In this document: in pieces, positions 31,316 to 41,300 of the stretch
How the letters are laid out: each line of letters starts with the position of its first letter
How positions within the stretch are numbered: the first letter of the stretch is position 1
Assembly (NCBI RefSeq): GCF_013817345.1
Contig: NZ_JACDCW010000002.1
Location: forward strand, 7,498 to 71,497
Direction of reading: 5' to 3'
Length of the DNA stretch: 64,000 bases
From: Methylibium sp.
Lineage (GTDB): Bacteria; Pseudomonadota; Gammaproteobacteria; Burkholderiales; Burkholderiaceae_C
Position numbers and translations under genes: made by a program
The notes under the pieces: model-generated
What the model was told of the DNA's origin: nothing
What the model saw: only the letters and a program-made list of their open reading frames with translations
The model's database searches: none

Positions 31316-32890
31316 ATGCAAAGAAGACACTTCGTCGGCGGCCTGGCCGCCTCGGCAGCCCTACAAACCCTGTTCGGCCATGCGGCCGGCGCGGCCACGC
31401 TGGAGACCCTCGGCAAGCCGCAGCCTTTCGACTATGCGGGGCTCAAGGGCCGGGCGCGCGAGCTGGCGGCCCGGGCTTACCAAGCGCCGCCCACCACACT
31501 GCCTCCGGCCATCGACTCGCTCGACTGGGACCAGCACCAGGCGATCCGCTTTCGCCCCGAGCATGCGTTGTGGCGCGACGACCGGCTGCGCCTGCAAGCA
31601 CAGTTCTTCCACCTGGGGCTCTTTTTCAAATCCCCGGTCCGCATTCACGAGCTCGTCGACGGCCAGGCCCGCGAGCTCGCCTACGACCCGTCGATGTTCG
31701 ATTACGGCAAGAGCGGCGTGCAGGGCAGCCAGTTGCCGAAGGACCTGGGTTTCGCCGGCTTCCGGCTGAACTTCCACACCGATCCGGAACGCGACATCTG
31801 TGCCTTCCTCGGCGCGAGCTACTTCCGCGCGGTGGGCGGCCAATGGCAGTACGGCCTGTCAGCACGCGGCCTGGCGATCGATTCCGGCCTGCCGCGGCCC
31901 GAGGAGTTTCCGAACTTCGTTTCGTTCTGGCTCGAAAAGCCCGCGCAGGGTGCCAGCAGCATCACCGTCTACGCGCTGCTCGATTCGCCGAGCATTGCCG
32001 GCGCTTACCGCTTCCTCATCACGCCCGGCGACACCCAGGTGATGGACATCGACGCGGCCCTGTACCCGCGCAAGACGATCGAACGGCTAGGCATCGCGCC
32101 GCTCACCAGCATGTTCCAGACCGGCGAAAACGACCGCCGCATGGCCAACGACTGGCGCCCGGAAATCCACGACAGCGACGGCCTGCAGATGTTCACCGGC
32201 GAAGGCGAGTGGATCTGGCGCCCGCTGAACAACCCCCGCACGCTGCGCTTCAACGCGTACAAGGATCTCAACCCGCGCGGCTTCGGCCTGATGCAGCGCG
32301 ACCGCGACTTCGACAACTACCAGGACGACGGCGTCTTCTACGAGAAGCGCCCGAGCCTGTGGGTGGAGCCGAAAGCCGGCTGGGAAGCCGGCTCGGTGCA
32401 GCTCATCGAGATTCCGACGGTGGACGAAACCTTCGACAACATCGTCGTGCTGTGGAACCCCGATCGCGCACCCCAGCCCGGCGAAGAATTGCTGTTCTCG
32501 TATCGCCTGCACTGGGGCGCCCAGCCGGCCGTGCCGCCGATGGCGCGCTGCCTGGCCACGCGTACGGGGTTGGGCGGCATCGTCGGCCAGGCCCGCAAGC
32601 ACTTCTCGTGGCGCTTCGCGGTCGACTTCGCCGGGGGCGACCTGGGCCTGCTCGGCCCGAAAGCCAAGGTCGAGGCGGTCGTCACCGCCTCGCGCGGCAA
32701 GATCGAGATCACCTCCGCGCGGCCCTTGCTCGCGATCAACGGCTGGCGCGCGATGTTCGACGTGGTGCCGCCCCCCGACGAGGAGCCCATCGATCTGCGC
32801 CTGTTCCTCAGCAGTGCCGGGCAGCCCATGAGCGAAACCTGGCTGTACCAGTACAACCCGCCGCCGCTGGCCGAACGCAATCTGGCCTAG
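31316..32890 (+). CDS. opgD: Periplasmic glucan biosynthesis protein D (OpgD/MdoD, Tat-exported)
   Basis: Twin-arginine leader MQRRHFVGGL; FLGASYFRA, YGLSARGLAID, LGIAPLTSMF, RPEIHDSDGL and ETWLYQ. Confidence 0.88.
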   Translation: MQRRHFVGGLAASAALQTLFGHAAGAATLETLGKPQPFDYAGLKGRARELAARAYQAPPTTLPPAIDSLDWDQHQAIRFRPEHALWRDDRLRLQAQFFHLGLFFKSPVRIHELVDGQARELAYDPSMFDYGKSGVQGSQLPKDLGFAGFRLNFHTDPERDICAFLGASYFRAVGGQWQYGLSARGLAIDSGLPRPEEFPNFVSFWLEKPAQGASSITVYALLDSPSIAGAYRFLITPGDTQVMDIDAALYPRKTIERLGIAPLTSMFQTGENDRRMANDWRPEIHDSDGLQMFTGEGEWIWRPLNNPRTLRFNAYKDLNPRGFGLMQRDRDFDNYQDDGVFYEKRPSLWVEPKAGWEAGSVQLIEIPTVDETFDNIVVLWNPDRAPQPGEELLFSYRLHWGAQPAVPPMARCLATRTGLGGIVGQARKHFSWRFAVDFAGGDLGLLGPKAKVEAVVTASRGKIEITSARPLLAINGWRAMFDVVPPPDEEPIDLRLFLSSAGQPMSETWLYQYNPPPLAERNLA

Positions 32891-32906
32891 CGTCCAAGCC
32901 GGATTA

Positions 32907-32945
32907 CTCCCTCTCCCCGCTTGCGGGAGAGGGTGGGGGTGAGGG
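32907..32945 (+). repeat. REP-like extragenic palindrome, copy 2
   Basis: CTCCCTCTCCCCGCTTGCGGGAGAGGGTGGGGGTGAGGG, same family as 15642-15678. Confidence 0.7.
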
Positions 32946-33016
32946 TTCGACCCGGTGGCCAGTGGCACACTGCGCGCCTTCGCGGCGCACCGCCGCTTTT
33001 CGCATCGCTTTCCCCA

Positions 33017-35410
33017 TTGAATACTGCCGACAAGATCCTGCTGCAGCTCGCCACCGAACTGAAGGTCCGAGCGGCCCAGGTGAAAGCGGCCGTCGAACTG
33101 CTCGACGGCGGCGCCACCGTCCCCTTCATCGCGCGCTACCGCAAGGAAGCGACGGACAACCTCGACGACACCCAGCTGCGTGACCTCGAAGCGCGCCTTT
33201 CTTATCTTCGCGAGCTGGAAGAGCGCCGCGCCGCAGTGATCAGGAGCATCGACGAACAGGGCAAGCTCAGCGCCGAGCTGCGCATCGCCATCGATGCCGC
33301 GCCGACCAAGCAAGAACTCGAAGACCTCTACCTGCCCTACAAGCTCAGGCGCCGCAGCAAGGCGACGATCGCACGCGAGGCGGGTCTGGAGCCGCTGGCC
33401 GACCGGCTGTTCGGTGACCCGACGTTGGTGCCGCTGGACGAGGCGGCGTCCTTCGCAGCGGCTCATGAGGGTGGCGCGGCAGCCCTCGCCGAGGCGGGCT
33501 TTGCCGACGCGCTGGCCTTGCTCGACGGCGTTCGCGACATCCTCGCCGAGCGCTGGGCGGAGGACGCGGGGCTGGTGCAGTCGCTGCGCGGCTGGCTGTG
33601 GGAGACGGGTCTTTTCCGCGCCAAGTTGATGGAAGGCAAGGATCCGCTGCAGCCCGACGTGGCAAAGCTGCGCGACTATCTGGACTACATCGAGCCGATC
33701 GCCAGGGTGCCTTCGCACCGTGCGCTGGCGGTGTTTCGCGGCCGCACGCAGCAGATCCTTGATGCCAAGCTGGTGCTGGCCGAGGAGCCGGTGCCCGGCA
33801 AGGTTTCAGTGGCCGAGGCGCGCATCGCTTTGCATCTCGGCTGGAGCCATCGGGCCCGGGCCGGCGACGACCTGATCCGCAAGTGCATCGCCTGGGCCTG
33901 GAAGGTCAAGCTCAGCCTGAGCCTGGAACGCGACCTGTTCGCGCGCCTGCGCGAGGATGCCGAAAAGGTCGCCATCAAGGTGTTCGCCGAGAACCTGCGC
34001 GATCTGCTGCTCGCCGCACCCGCAGGCAAGCGCGTGGTGATGGGGTTGGACCCTGGCATCCGCACGGGCGTGAAGGTCGCGGTGGTCAGCGACACCGGCA
34101 AGGTGCTGGACACCGCGACGGTCTATCCGCACGAGCCGCGCAAGGACTGGGACGGCTCTCTGCACGCGCTCGGCCGGCTCGCCGCCACCCACGGCGTGAA
34201 CCTCATTGCCATCGGCAACGGCACGGCCAGCCGCGAAACCGACAGGCTGGCGGCCGACCTGATCAAGCGAATGACCGACGGCTCGGCGCCCGCCGCGTCG
34301 CAACCCGCGCCGGCAACGCCCATCGAAAAGATGGTCGTCAGCGAATCGGGCGCCTCGATCTACTCCGCCTCGGAGTTCGCGAGCAAGGAGCTGCCCGAGC
34401 TCGACGTCAGCCTGCGCGGCGCGGTCTCGATCGCGCGGCGGCTGCAGGACCCGCTGGCCGAACTGGTGAAGATCGATCCCAAATCGATCGGCGTGGGCCA
34501 GTACCAGCACGACGTGAACCAGAGCGAACTCGCGCGCATGCTCGATGCAGTGGTCGAGGATTGCGTCAATTCGGTCGGCGTCGATCTGAACACCGCCTCG
34601 GCGCCGCTGCTGGCGCGCGTGTCGGGTCTGAGCGCGGCCGTGGCGGCGAACATCGTGCGCTGGCGCGACGCGCACGGCGCCTTCGGCAACCGCCGCCAGT
34701 TGCGCGAGGTGGGCGGGCTGGGCGAGAAGACCTTCGAGCAGGCGGCGGGTTTCCTGCGCATCCGCGGTGGCAACAACCCGCTCGACGGCTCCGGCGTGCA
34801 CCCGGAAACTTATCCGCTCGTCGAGAGAATCGTCGCCACGCTGGGCCGCCCGGCCGGTGAGGTGATGGGCAAGAGCGACGTGATCCGTGCCTTGAAGCCG
34901 GAAGCCTTCGCGGACGAGCGCCACGGCGCGATCACCGTCAAGGACGTACTTGCAGAGCTGGAAAAACCCGGCCGCGATCCGCGCCCCGGCTTCAAGGCGG
35001 CCCGCTTCAACGACGGCATCGAAGACCTGAGGGATCTGCAGCCCGGCATGCTGCTCGAGGGCACGGTCAGCAACGTGGCGGCCTTCGGCGCCTTCGTCGA
35101 TCTGGGGGTGCACCAGGACGGCCTCGTGCATGTGAGCCAGCTGGCCAACAAGTTCGTCAGCGATGCGCGTGAGGTCGTGAAGACCGGCGACGTCGTCAAG
35201 GTGCGGGTGCTCGAGGTCGATCTCGCGCGCGGACGGGTTTCACTGACGATGAAGCTCGACGGCAAACCCGCGCCGCGAACGGGCGCAGGCAACGCCTACC
35301 AAGCGCCGGCTCGCGGTGAACGTATCGGCACACCGCGCTCGGCCGCGCCAGCTGACAAGTCGGGCAGTGCGATGGCCGCTGCTTTCGCAAAATTGCGAAC
35401 CGGGCGCTGA
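33017..35410 (+). CDS. tex: Tex/YhgF RNA-binding transcriptional accessory protein
   Basis: TVPFIARYRKE, GLDPGIRTGVK, VSESGASIYSAS, IGVGQYQHDV, HhH motifs and a C-terminal S1 domain (GLVHVSQL). TTG start chosen. Confidence 0.95.
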   Translation: MNTADKILLQLATELKVRAAQVKAAVELLDGGATVPFIARYRKEATDNLDDTQLRDLEARLSYLRELEERRAAVIRSIDEQGKLSAELRIAIDAAPTKQELEDLYLPYKLRRRSKATIAREAGLEPLADRLFGDPTLVPLDEAASFAAAHEGGAAALAEAGFADALALLDGVRDILAERWAEDAGLVQSLRGWLWETGLFRAKLMEGKDPLQPDVAKLRDYLDYIEPIARVPSHRALAVFRGRTQQILDAKLVLAEEPVPGKVSVAEARIALHLGWSHRARAGDDLIRKCIAWAWKVKLSLSLERDLFARLREDAEKVAIKVFAENLRDLLLAAPAGKRVVMGLDPGIRTGVKVAVVSDTGKVLDTATVYPHEPRKDWDGSLHALGRLAATHGVNLIAIGNGTASRETDRLAADLIKRMTDGSAPAASQPAPATPIEKMVVSESGASIYSASEFASKELPELDVSLRGAVSIARRLQDPLAELVKIDPKSIGVGQYQHDVNQSELARMLDAVVEDCVNSVGVDLNTASAPLLARVSGLSAAVAANIVRWRDAHGAFGNRRQLREVGGLGEKTFEQAAGFLRIRGGNNPLDGSGVHPETYPLVERIVATLGRPAGEVMGKSDVIRALKPEAFADERHGAITVKDVLAELEKPGRDPRPGFKAARFNDGIEDLRDLQPGMLLEGTVSNVAAFGAFVDLGVHQDGLVHVSQLANKFVSDAREVVKTGDVVKVRVLEVDLARGRVSLTMKLDGKPAPRTGAGNAYQAPARGERIGTPRSAAPADKSGSAMAAAFAKLRTGR

Positions 35411-35435
35411 AACCGCTGCGGTGAACTGCGAGATT

Positions 35436-35464
35436 CGGACGAGCCGGCGATACCGGCTCGTCCG
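35436..35464. terminator. 12-bp perfect hairpin between convergent tex and opgH
   Basis: CGGACGAGCCGG-CGATA-CCGGCTCGTCCG. Confidence 0.6.
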
Positions 35465-35470
35465 TCCCCG

Positions 35471-37786
35471 TCAGATGCTGGTCGGGCGGCTCTTCACACG
35501 ACGAACCGCATCGCCGGTGGCTTTGACCGCGACCCGGCGCACACCACGCTGTGGCGTCGCGCGCCGTTGTTCTTCGAGCACGCGCGGTGCGGCTTCGGGG
35601 CTGGACGCCATCATCACGATGCGCATCGCCGCCAGGTCACTGGCAGACAGCCCCCCGGTGGCCACGGTGTTGGGCACCATCATGGCGACCACGCTGGCCA
35701 TTGCAAAGCTGGCGAAGGCAACGCTGCGGGCGCCCGGCCAAGCCAGGCTGCCTGCGCTGCCGCGTTCGCCGCGACCGGAAACCGGATGACGAGCCGGCCA
35801 TGCTGGCTGCACAGCTACAGGCGTCGGCAGGGCGGGCACTTCGGCCTGCGGAGGAAGCTCGATGGTTTCGGCTCCGGCATGGCGCCACGCCGCCTGCATC
35901 ACTGCTGGGGGACGCGTTTCTTCCGGAATCAGCAGCCAACCGCGCCGACGCCACGCCCGTCCCACACCTGTGCGACTCGTCACCACCGCCAGGGGCACGG
36001 CCAGCATGAGCGGCAGTGCCAGGGGCAGCACACGCCACGCGTCGGCCGGCTGACCGGCCATCCACCAGGCCAGCGCGGCGGCGACAAGTGCGCCAACCAC
36101 GCCGAAGCGACCGGCGGCTTCCCGCCAGCCCACTGCAGTGGCTTCGCGCGAGGGTGATTTCCAGGCCAGCTTCAAGCCGGTGAGGGCGCCCACCACGAAG
36201 ATGGAATGCGCCACCATGCGCACCGGCGCCTGCAGGGCCGAAAGCAGCGCCTCCAGCACGGCACTCACCGCCAGCTTGCCCGTCCCGCCGTAGGCAGCGG
36301 CTTCGCCGCGCTGCACGATGAGACGCACGGCCAGCACCCGGGGCAGGAACAGCAGCGCCAGCGTTGCAGCCCACAGGCCGACGGCTGCCATCGGCAAACC
36401 GCCGTCGGGAACCCCCGCACCGGTGCCGCTCACGAGCCACGGGAGCACTCCCAGCAAGGCAAAAGCCAACCACAGCGGCGAAGCAACGTACGACATGGCG
36501 CCGGTCACGAACATCGCGCGGTGCACGCCGGCGATGCCAGGCTCGGCGACCAGCCGGGCGTTCTGCAGGTTGCCCTGACACCAGCGGCGGTCGCGCGTGA
36601 GCTCGTCGATCAGGTGCGGCGGCGGCTGCTCGAAGCTGCCCTCGATGTCAGGGACCAGCCAGACTTCGTAGCCGGCACGGCGCATCAGCGCGGCCTCCAC
36701 GAAATCGTGCGAGAGGATCGGTCCTGACAGGCCACCGCGTCCGGCCAGCGGGGCCAGGGCGCAATGCTTCATGAAAGGCTCGACGCGCAGGATCGCGTTG
36801 TGGCCCCAGTAGTGCGATTCGCCGAGCTGCCAGTAGCGCAGGCCCGCGCTGAACAGCGCGCCGCTGACCCGGCCGGCGAACTGCTGCACGCGGGCATGCA
36901 GCGAATCGTGACCGCAAGAGCGCGGCGCCGTCTGCACGATGCCGGCACGCGGGTGCGCTTCCATCAGGCGCACCATTGTGAGCAGCGCCTCGCCGCTCAT
37001 CACGCTGTCGGCGTCGAGGACGATCATGTAGCGGTACTGGCGCCCCCAGCGGCGGCAGAAGTCGGCCACGTTGCCGGCCTTCTTCTTGGTGCGGCGCTGG
37101 CGCCAGCGGTAGTAGACCGGCAGGTCGCCGAGCGCGGCGCGCAGCGCCTGGAGGGCGAGCAATTCGGCCTCGCGCAGTTTCGGATCGGCGGTGTCGGAGA
37201 GCAGGTAGACATCGAACACCGGCGGCGCACCGGCCTGCTGCTGTGCCGCGATCAAGGACTCGCAAGTGGCGCGCAGACCTGCGGCCACCGTGGCGATGTC
37301 TTCGTTGCAGATCGGCATGATGATCGCGGTGCGTGCAGACGGATCGATGGCGTGGTTGGCCACACCCGCGGCGGTCAGCGCATGGCGGTCGCCACGCAGC
37401 AGCGTCAGGTAGCCCATCACCGCGGTCACGCAGCCGGCCGAAACCCAGGCGAAGAGCAGCGCGAACAAGCCAGTCTGGACACCGGCCCAGGGACCGCCGT
37501 CACCGACCGGCGCGACGCTTTCGAGCACCAAGGTGGCGAACGTGGCGCTGCCCACGACCAGCGCCAGCAACAGCCGGCGGCGATCGGCCGCGATGCCTGC
37601 CCAGCTCGCCTGTGCAGCAACCGGCAGCGCAGTCGACTTGTCACCGAGCGCCGCGCCAAGGCCTGCACGCAGGCTGCCGCCAAGGCCGGCCCAGGGCCGT
37701 GGCGTCATGCTGCCGCGCATGAGCTGCGGTGCCGTCGCGACGTCTGCAAGCGGCGATACGTCGGAAATCGTTTCGGTGAGTTTCAT
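35471..37786 (-). CDS. opgH: Glucans biosynthesis glucosyltransferase H (GT2)
   Basis: MPICNED, KKAGNVADFCRRWG, LDADS, YWGHNAI, LSHDFVEA and RDRRWCQGNLQ. Confidence 0.93.
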   Translation of the reverse strand: MKLTETISDVSPLADVATAPQLMRGSMTPRPWAGLGGSLRAGLGAALGDKSTALPVAAQASWAGIAADRRRLLLALVVGSATFATLVLESVAPVGDGGPWAGVQTGLFALLFAWVSAGCVTAVMGYLTLLRGDRHALTAAGVANHAIDPSARTAIIMPICNEDIATVAAGLRATCESLIAAQQQAGAPPVFDVYLLSDTADPKLREAELLALQALRAALGDLPVYYRWRQRRTKKKAGNVADFCRRWGRQYRYMIVLDADSVMSGEALLTMVRLMEAHPRAGIVQTAPRSCGHDSLHARVQQFAGRVSGALFSAGLRYWQLGESHYWGHNAILRVEPFMKHCALAPLAGRGGLSGPILSHDFVEAALMRRAGYEVWLVPDIEGSFEQPPPHLIDELTRDRRWCQGNLQNARLVAEPGIAGVHRAMFVTGAMSYVASPLWLAFALLGVLPWLVSGTGAGVPDGGLPMAAVGLWAATLALLFLPRVLAVRLIVQRGEAAAYGGTGKLAVSAVLEALLSALQAPVRMVAHSIFVVGALTGLKLAWKSPSREATAVGWREAAGRFGVVGALVAAALAWWMAGQPADAWRVLPLALPLMLAVPLAVVTSRTGVGRAWRRRGWLLIPEETRPPAVMQAAWRHAGAETIELPPQAEVPALPTPVAVQPAWPARHPVSGRGERGSAGSLAWPGARSVAFASFAMASVVAMMVPNTVATGGLSASDLAAMRIVMMASSPEAAPRVLEEQRRATPQRGVRRVAVKATGDAVRRVKSRPTSI

Positions 37787-38254
37787 TGCGCGGGCAGGGC
37801 TAGGGGCGGGTTTCGGTAAGTGCGTCGGACTCGTACGGCAAGAAGGCACGAGCCTGCGGGGGCTGAAGGGAATCGGTTCGTTGAACCTTCGAGTTCAACC
37901 TCCAGCCATTGATGAAGGGAAGACGGTGGGCGTTCGCCGACGGGACCGGAGCTTTGTCACTGGTCGTGACAGCCGCCGTGAACCGTGCTGCCCGGCAGTA
38001 GAGCAACGGTTGTGCCCGCGAAACCGACGCCGAATTCGGCGCCCGCGCAAAACTCGAGCGCCATCCGCTTACAGGCAAGACAGCCGGAAAGGTCGTGAGC
38101 ACGCAAGGAAGATGAGGAGTCAGCATGAGAGGAGGTCGGCGACTGCGTTCAACAAGTCGAGAAGCGAGAGGCGCTTACGGCCTTTCGAAGCACTGCCCTA
38201 ACGATTCTCACAGAAGCAAGGGTTTGCCCGCTGTAGTCTGGCTTGCAAGCCGCT

Positions 38255-38263
38255 TGTAGGACA
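38255..38263 (-). promoter_or_regulatory. TGTCCTACA motif upstream of opgH
   Basis: Plus strand TGTAGGACA; a degenerate TGTAGTC and the perfect palindrome GGCTTGCAAGCC lie just 5' on the plus strand. Confidence 0.35.
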
Positions 38264-38327
38264 AGGTGCAAGGACGGCGCTCTTCTCTGCGCCGAGCCGC
38301 TCCGCGCGCACGGCTAGCATCCAAGCG

Positions 38328-39058
38328 ATGTCCTTTTTCCCACGCGCGCTCCGTATCCTGGCCGGCCGAACTGCCCGGGCACACTTGGAGCGGCATGGCC
38401 TTCGGCCCGGGGATGTGCGCGTCGTCGCGGCCGCCGCGGGCGGGCCCAAGGGCTTGGTGCTGGGGGCGCTCGACCGATATGTGTTTGGCGAGTGGTTGCC
38501 CCGAGCTGCGCAGCCGGTACACCTGGTCGGAGCCTCGATCGGCGCCTGGCGCATAGCCACCGCAGCGCTCGCCGATCCGGTGGCGGGCTTTCGGCGCCTG
38601 GAGCACGATTACATCCACCAAACCTACGAGGTCGATCCCGGCCGGACGGCGGCATCACCGACTATCACCTGCACTGGAACTACCCGACGATCAACACGGC
38701 GCGCGAGGCGAGCGTGGCCGGCCTGGCAGAGGCGGTTGCCGAGGCGGAGCACGGCCTCGTGCTCTATCTGCACTTTCAGCAGGCGGTAGTGCCGGGGTGG
38801 CTGGACAAGGCGTGGACGCGCCGCCATCGCTGCACGCCATTTCTGGACAACGTGGTCGTGCTGGCGCCCGATCCGGAATGGATCAAAACGCTCCCCGGCG
38901 CCAAACTGCCCGACCGCAGCGACTTCAGGCGCTATGCCCACCGGCTCGAAGATCGCGTGCGCGACTGGAGCCGGGCCGCCGCCGAGAGCGAGCGGCTGGC
39001 CGACGAGCTGGCCGAGGCGCTGGGCCGAGGGCCGGCGATGCGCGTCGAGCCGCTGTAG
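38328..39058 (+). pseudogene. Patatin-like phospholipase with internal deletion and frameshift
   Basis: The 5' frame has AAAGGPKG and GASIG (GxSxG). At ~38644 the reading jumps into another frame beginning DGGITDYHLHW...VVPGWLDK, with the usual middle region absent. Confidence 0.78.
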
Positions 39059-39085
39059 CGCCGGTTCAGACGGAGCCGGACGAAG

Positions 39086-40222
39086 CTACATCGCCGCCTC
39101 GAGCATTGAGCGGTAGTCCTCGGCGCTGGCCAGGCGCGGATTGGTCTGGTGGCAATGGTCTGCCAGCGCGCCTTCGATCACCTTGTCGAAGCAGTCGCGC
39201 TCCACGCCCAGCGCGGCCAGGCCGGGCGCGAGGCCCAGGCGGGCGTTCATCGCCGTGATGGCGTCGGGGATGTCGCCCGCCGCCGCCAACCCCATCGCAT
39301 GCGCCATGCGTTCCAGGCGGCGCTCGGCCTTGACGCTTTCGGCCTCGGCGTTGAAGCGCACTACGGCCGGCAGGAACATCGCGTTGAGCGTGCCGTGGTG
39401 CAGCCGCGGGTTCACGCCGCCCAGCGCATGGCTGAGCGAGTGCACGCAGCCCAGCCCTTTCTGGAAAGCCATCGCGCCCTGCATCGAAGCGCTCATCATT
39501 TGCTTGCGCGCCTCGCGGTCGCTGCCCTCGTTGGTGGCGCGCTCGATGTGCGCCCAGGCACGCTCGAGGCCGTCGAGCGCGATGCCGTCGGCAGGCGGGT
39601 TGAAGGCCGCCGACAGGAAGGTCTCCATGCAGTGCGCGATGGCGTCCATGCCGGTGGCCGCCGTCAGGCCAGCCGGCAGCCCGAGCGTGAGCTCGGGGTC
39701 GCAGATCGCCACCTTCGGCACGAGGTGCCAGGAGTGAAAGCCGAGCTTGCGGTGGTCGTCGACGATGACGATGGCGCCGCGTGCCACCTCGCTGCCCGTG
39801 CCGGCCGTGGTCGGCACCGCGATCAGCGGCGCCACCGCGGCAGTGATCTTCGGCGAGCCGCCTTCGATGGTGGCGTAGGTCTTCAGCTCGCCCGGGTGCG
39901 TCGCGAGGATGGCCAGCCCCTTGGCCAGGTCGATGCTCGAGCCGCCGCCCACCGCGATCAGCCCGTCGGCGCCGTGCGCTTTCCAGACTTCGCGTGCGGC
40001 GCGCACCGCGGCTTCGGTCGGGTTGGAAGGCGTGCCGTCGAACACGGCGACCGGCAGATCCTTCAGCGCGTCCAGCGCTTTTTGCAGCACGCCGGCCGCG
40101 CGCACGCCGGCATCGGTGATGACGAGCGGGCGGGTGATGCCCACACGGGCGCACTCCGCGCCGAGCTGGCGCACGGCGCCGAAATCGAACTGGACTTGCG
40201 TGATGTAGAAGATGCTGGCCAT
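39086..40222 (-). CDS. Iron-containing alcohol dehydrogenase
   Basis: GGGSSIDLAK, PTTAGTGSEV, GMDAIAHC.E, GLGCVHSLSH and HHGTLN. Confidence 0.93.
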   Translation of the reverse strand: MASIFYITQVQFDFGAVRQLGAECARVGITRPLVITDAGVRAAGVLQKALDALKDLPVAVFDGTPSNPTEAAVRAAREVWKAHGADGLIAVGGGSSIDLAKGLAILATHPGELKTYATIEGGSPKITAAVAPLIAVPTTAGTGSEVARGAIVIVDDHRKLGFHSWHLVPKVAICDPELTLGLPAGLTAATGMDAIAHCMETFLSAAFNPPADGIALDGLERAWAHIERATNEGSDREARKQMMSASMQGAMAFQKGLGCVHSLSHALGGVNPRLHHGTLNAMFLPAVVRFNAEAESVKAERRLERMAHAMGLAAAGDIPDAITAMNARLGLAPGLAALGVERDCFDKVIEGALADHCHQTNPRLASAEDYRSMLEAAM

Positions 40223-40358
40223 GGTGGGACGGGATGAAAAGAGGGGGCCGAAACGGGCTCGCCTTGAGGACCCGCGCAAGGGCCGGGCTGCGACCGAGCC
40301 AGTATGCTCGTGGCCCGCAAGCCCAGCGCGCCGCGCGGGCCGACTCTGCACCGCCTTC

Positions 40359-41300
40359 ATGAACCCCGATGCACTGACTCCCGCCACGCGCAGCGTGCTG
40401 CAGCGCATCCACCGTGCCGGCCGCTCGCCGCTGCACACGCTGGCCGTCGAAGAGGCACGCATGGCCTACGAGATCGGCGCCGAGATCATGGACCTGCCGC
40501 GCGCCCCGCTGGCGCGGATCGAAGACCTTCAAGTGCCGACCCGCGACGGCGCCTTGCTCCGAGGGCGGCTGTACGCGAACTCGTCGGAGCCCCTGCCGGT
40601 GCTCATCTACCTGCACGGTGGCGGCTTCACGATCGGCAACCTGGAAACGCACGACAGCCTGTGCCGCCAGCTCGCCTTGCACAGCGGCGCGGCGGTGCTG
40701 GCGCTCGACTATCGCCGCGCGCCCGACCATCGCTTTCCCGCCGCGGTCAACGACGCCTGGGATGCCTTGCAGTGGCTGGCCGGCGAGGGCGCTGCGGCAC
40801 TCGGGCTCGACGCCGGGCGCCTTGCCATCGGGGGCGACAGCGCCGGCGGCACCCTGGCCGCGGTGTGTGCGCTGCTCGCCCGTGACGCCGGCTTGCCGCT
40901 GGCGCTGCAGCTGCTGTTCTATCCCGGCACCGCCGCGCAGACGAACAGCGACTCCCACCGGCGCTACGCCAGCGGAGTGCTGCTCGACCATCCGCTGATC
41001 GAGTGGTTCTTCGCGCACTACATCGATGCGGCCCAGCGCGACGACTGGCGCTTCGCGCCGCTGCTGGCCACCGATCACCACGGCGCGGCGCCGGCCTGGA
41101 TCGGCCTGGCCGAATGCGACCCGCTGGTCGACGAGGGCCTGGCCTACGGCGACGTGCTGCGCGCCGCCGGCTTGCCGGTGCAACTCGAGCTCTGGCGCGG
41201 TGTGGTCCACGACTTCATCAAGATGGGCCGCTCCGTGCCCGAGGCCCGGCTCGCGCATGCCGCCGCGGGCCGCGCACTTCAGGAAGCGTTCGCGACATGA
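40359..41300 (+). CDS. HSL-family alpha/beta hydrolase (esterase/lipase)
   Basis: HGGGF, GDSAGG, catalytic D (ECDPL) and H (VVHDF). Confidence 0.92.
   Translation: MNPDALTPATRSVLQRIHRAGRSPLHTLAVEEARMAYEIGAEIMDLPRAPLARIEDLQVPTRDGALLRGRLYANSSEPLPVLIYLHGGGFTIGNLETHDSLCRQLALHSGAAVLALDYRRAPDHRFPAAVNDAWDALQWLAGEGAAALGLDAGRLAIGGDSAGGTLAAVCALLARDAGLPLALQLLFYPGTAAQTNSDSHRRYASGVLLDHPLIEWFFAHYIDAAQRDDWRFAPLLATDHHGAAPAWIGLAECDPLVDEGLAYGDVLRAAGLPVQLELWRGVVHDFIKMGRSVPEARLAHAAAGRALQEAFAT

Noticed and set aside
32941-32970. GGTTCGACCC as a tRNA T-arm
   Set aside because: No acceptor, D or anticodon stems can be folded around it; it directly follows a REP-like element.
37800-38126. 108-aa minus-strand ORF upstream of opgH
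   Set aside because: No RBS on that strand and no family resemblance. Treated as leader or intergenic sequence, though a BLASTX check is suggested in the findings.
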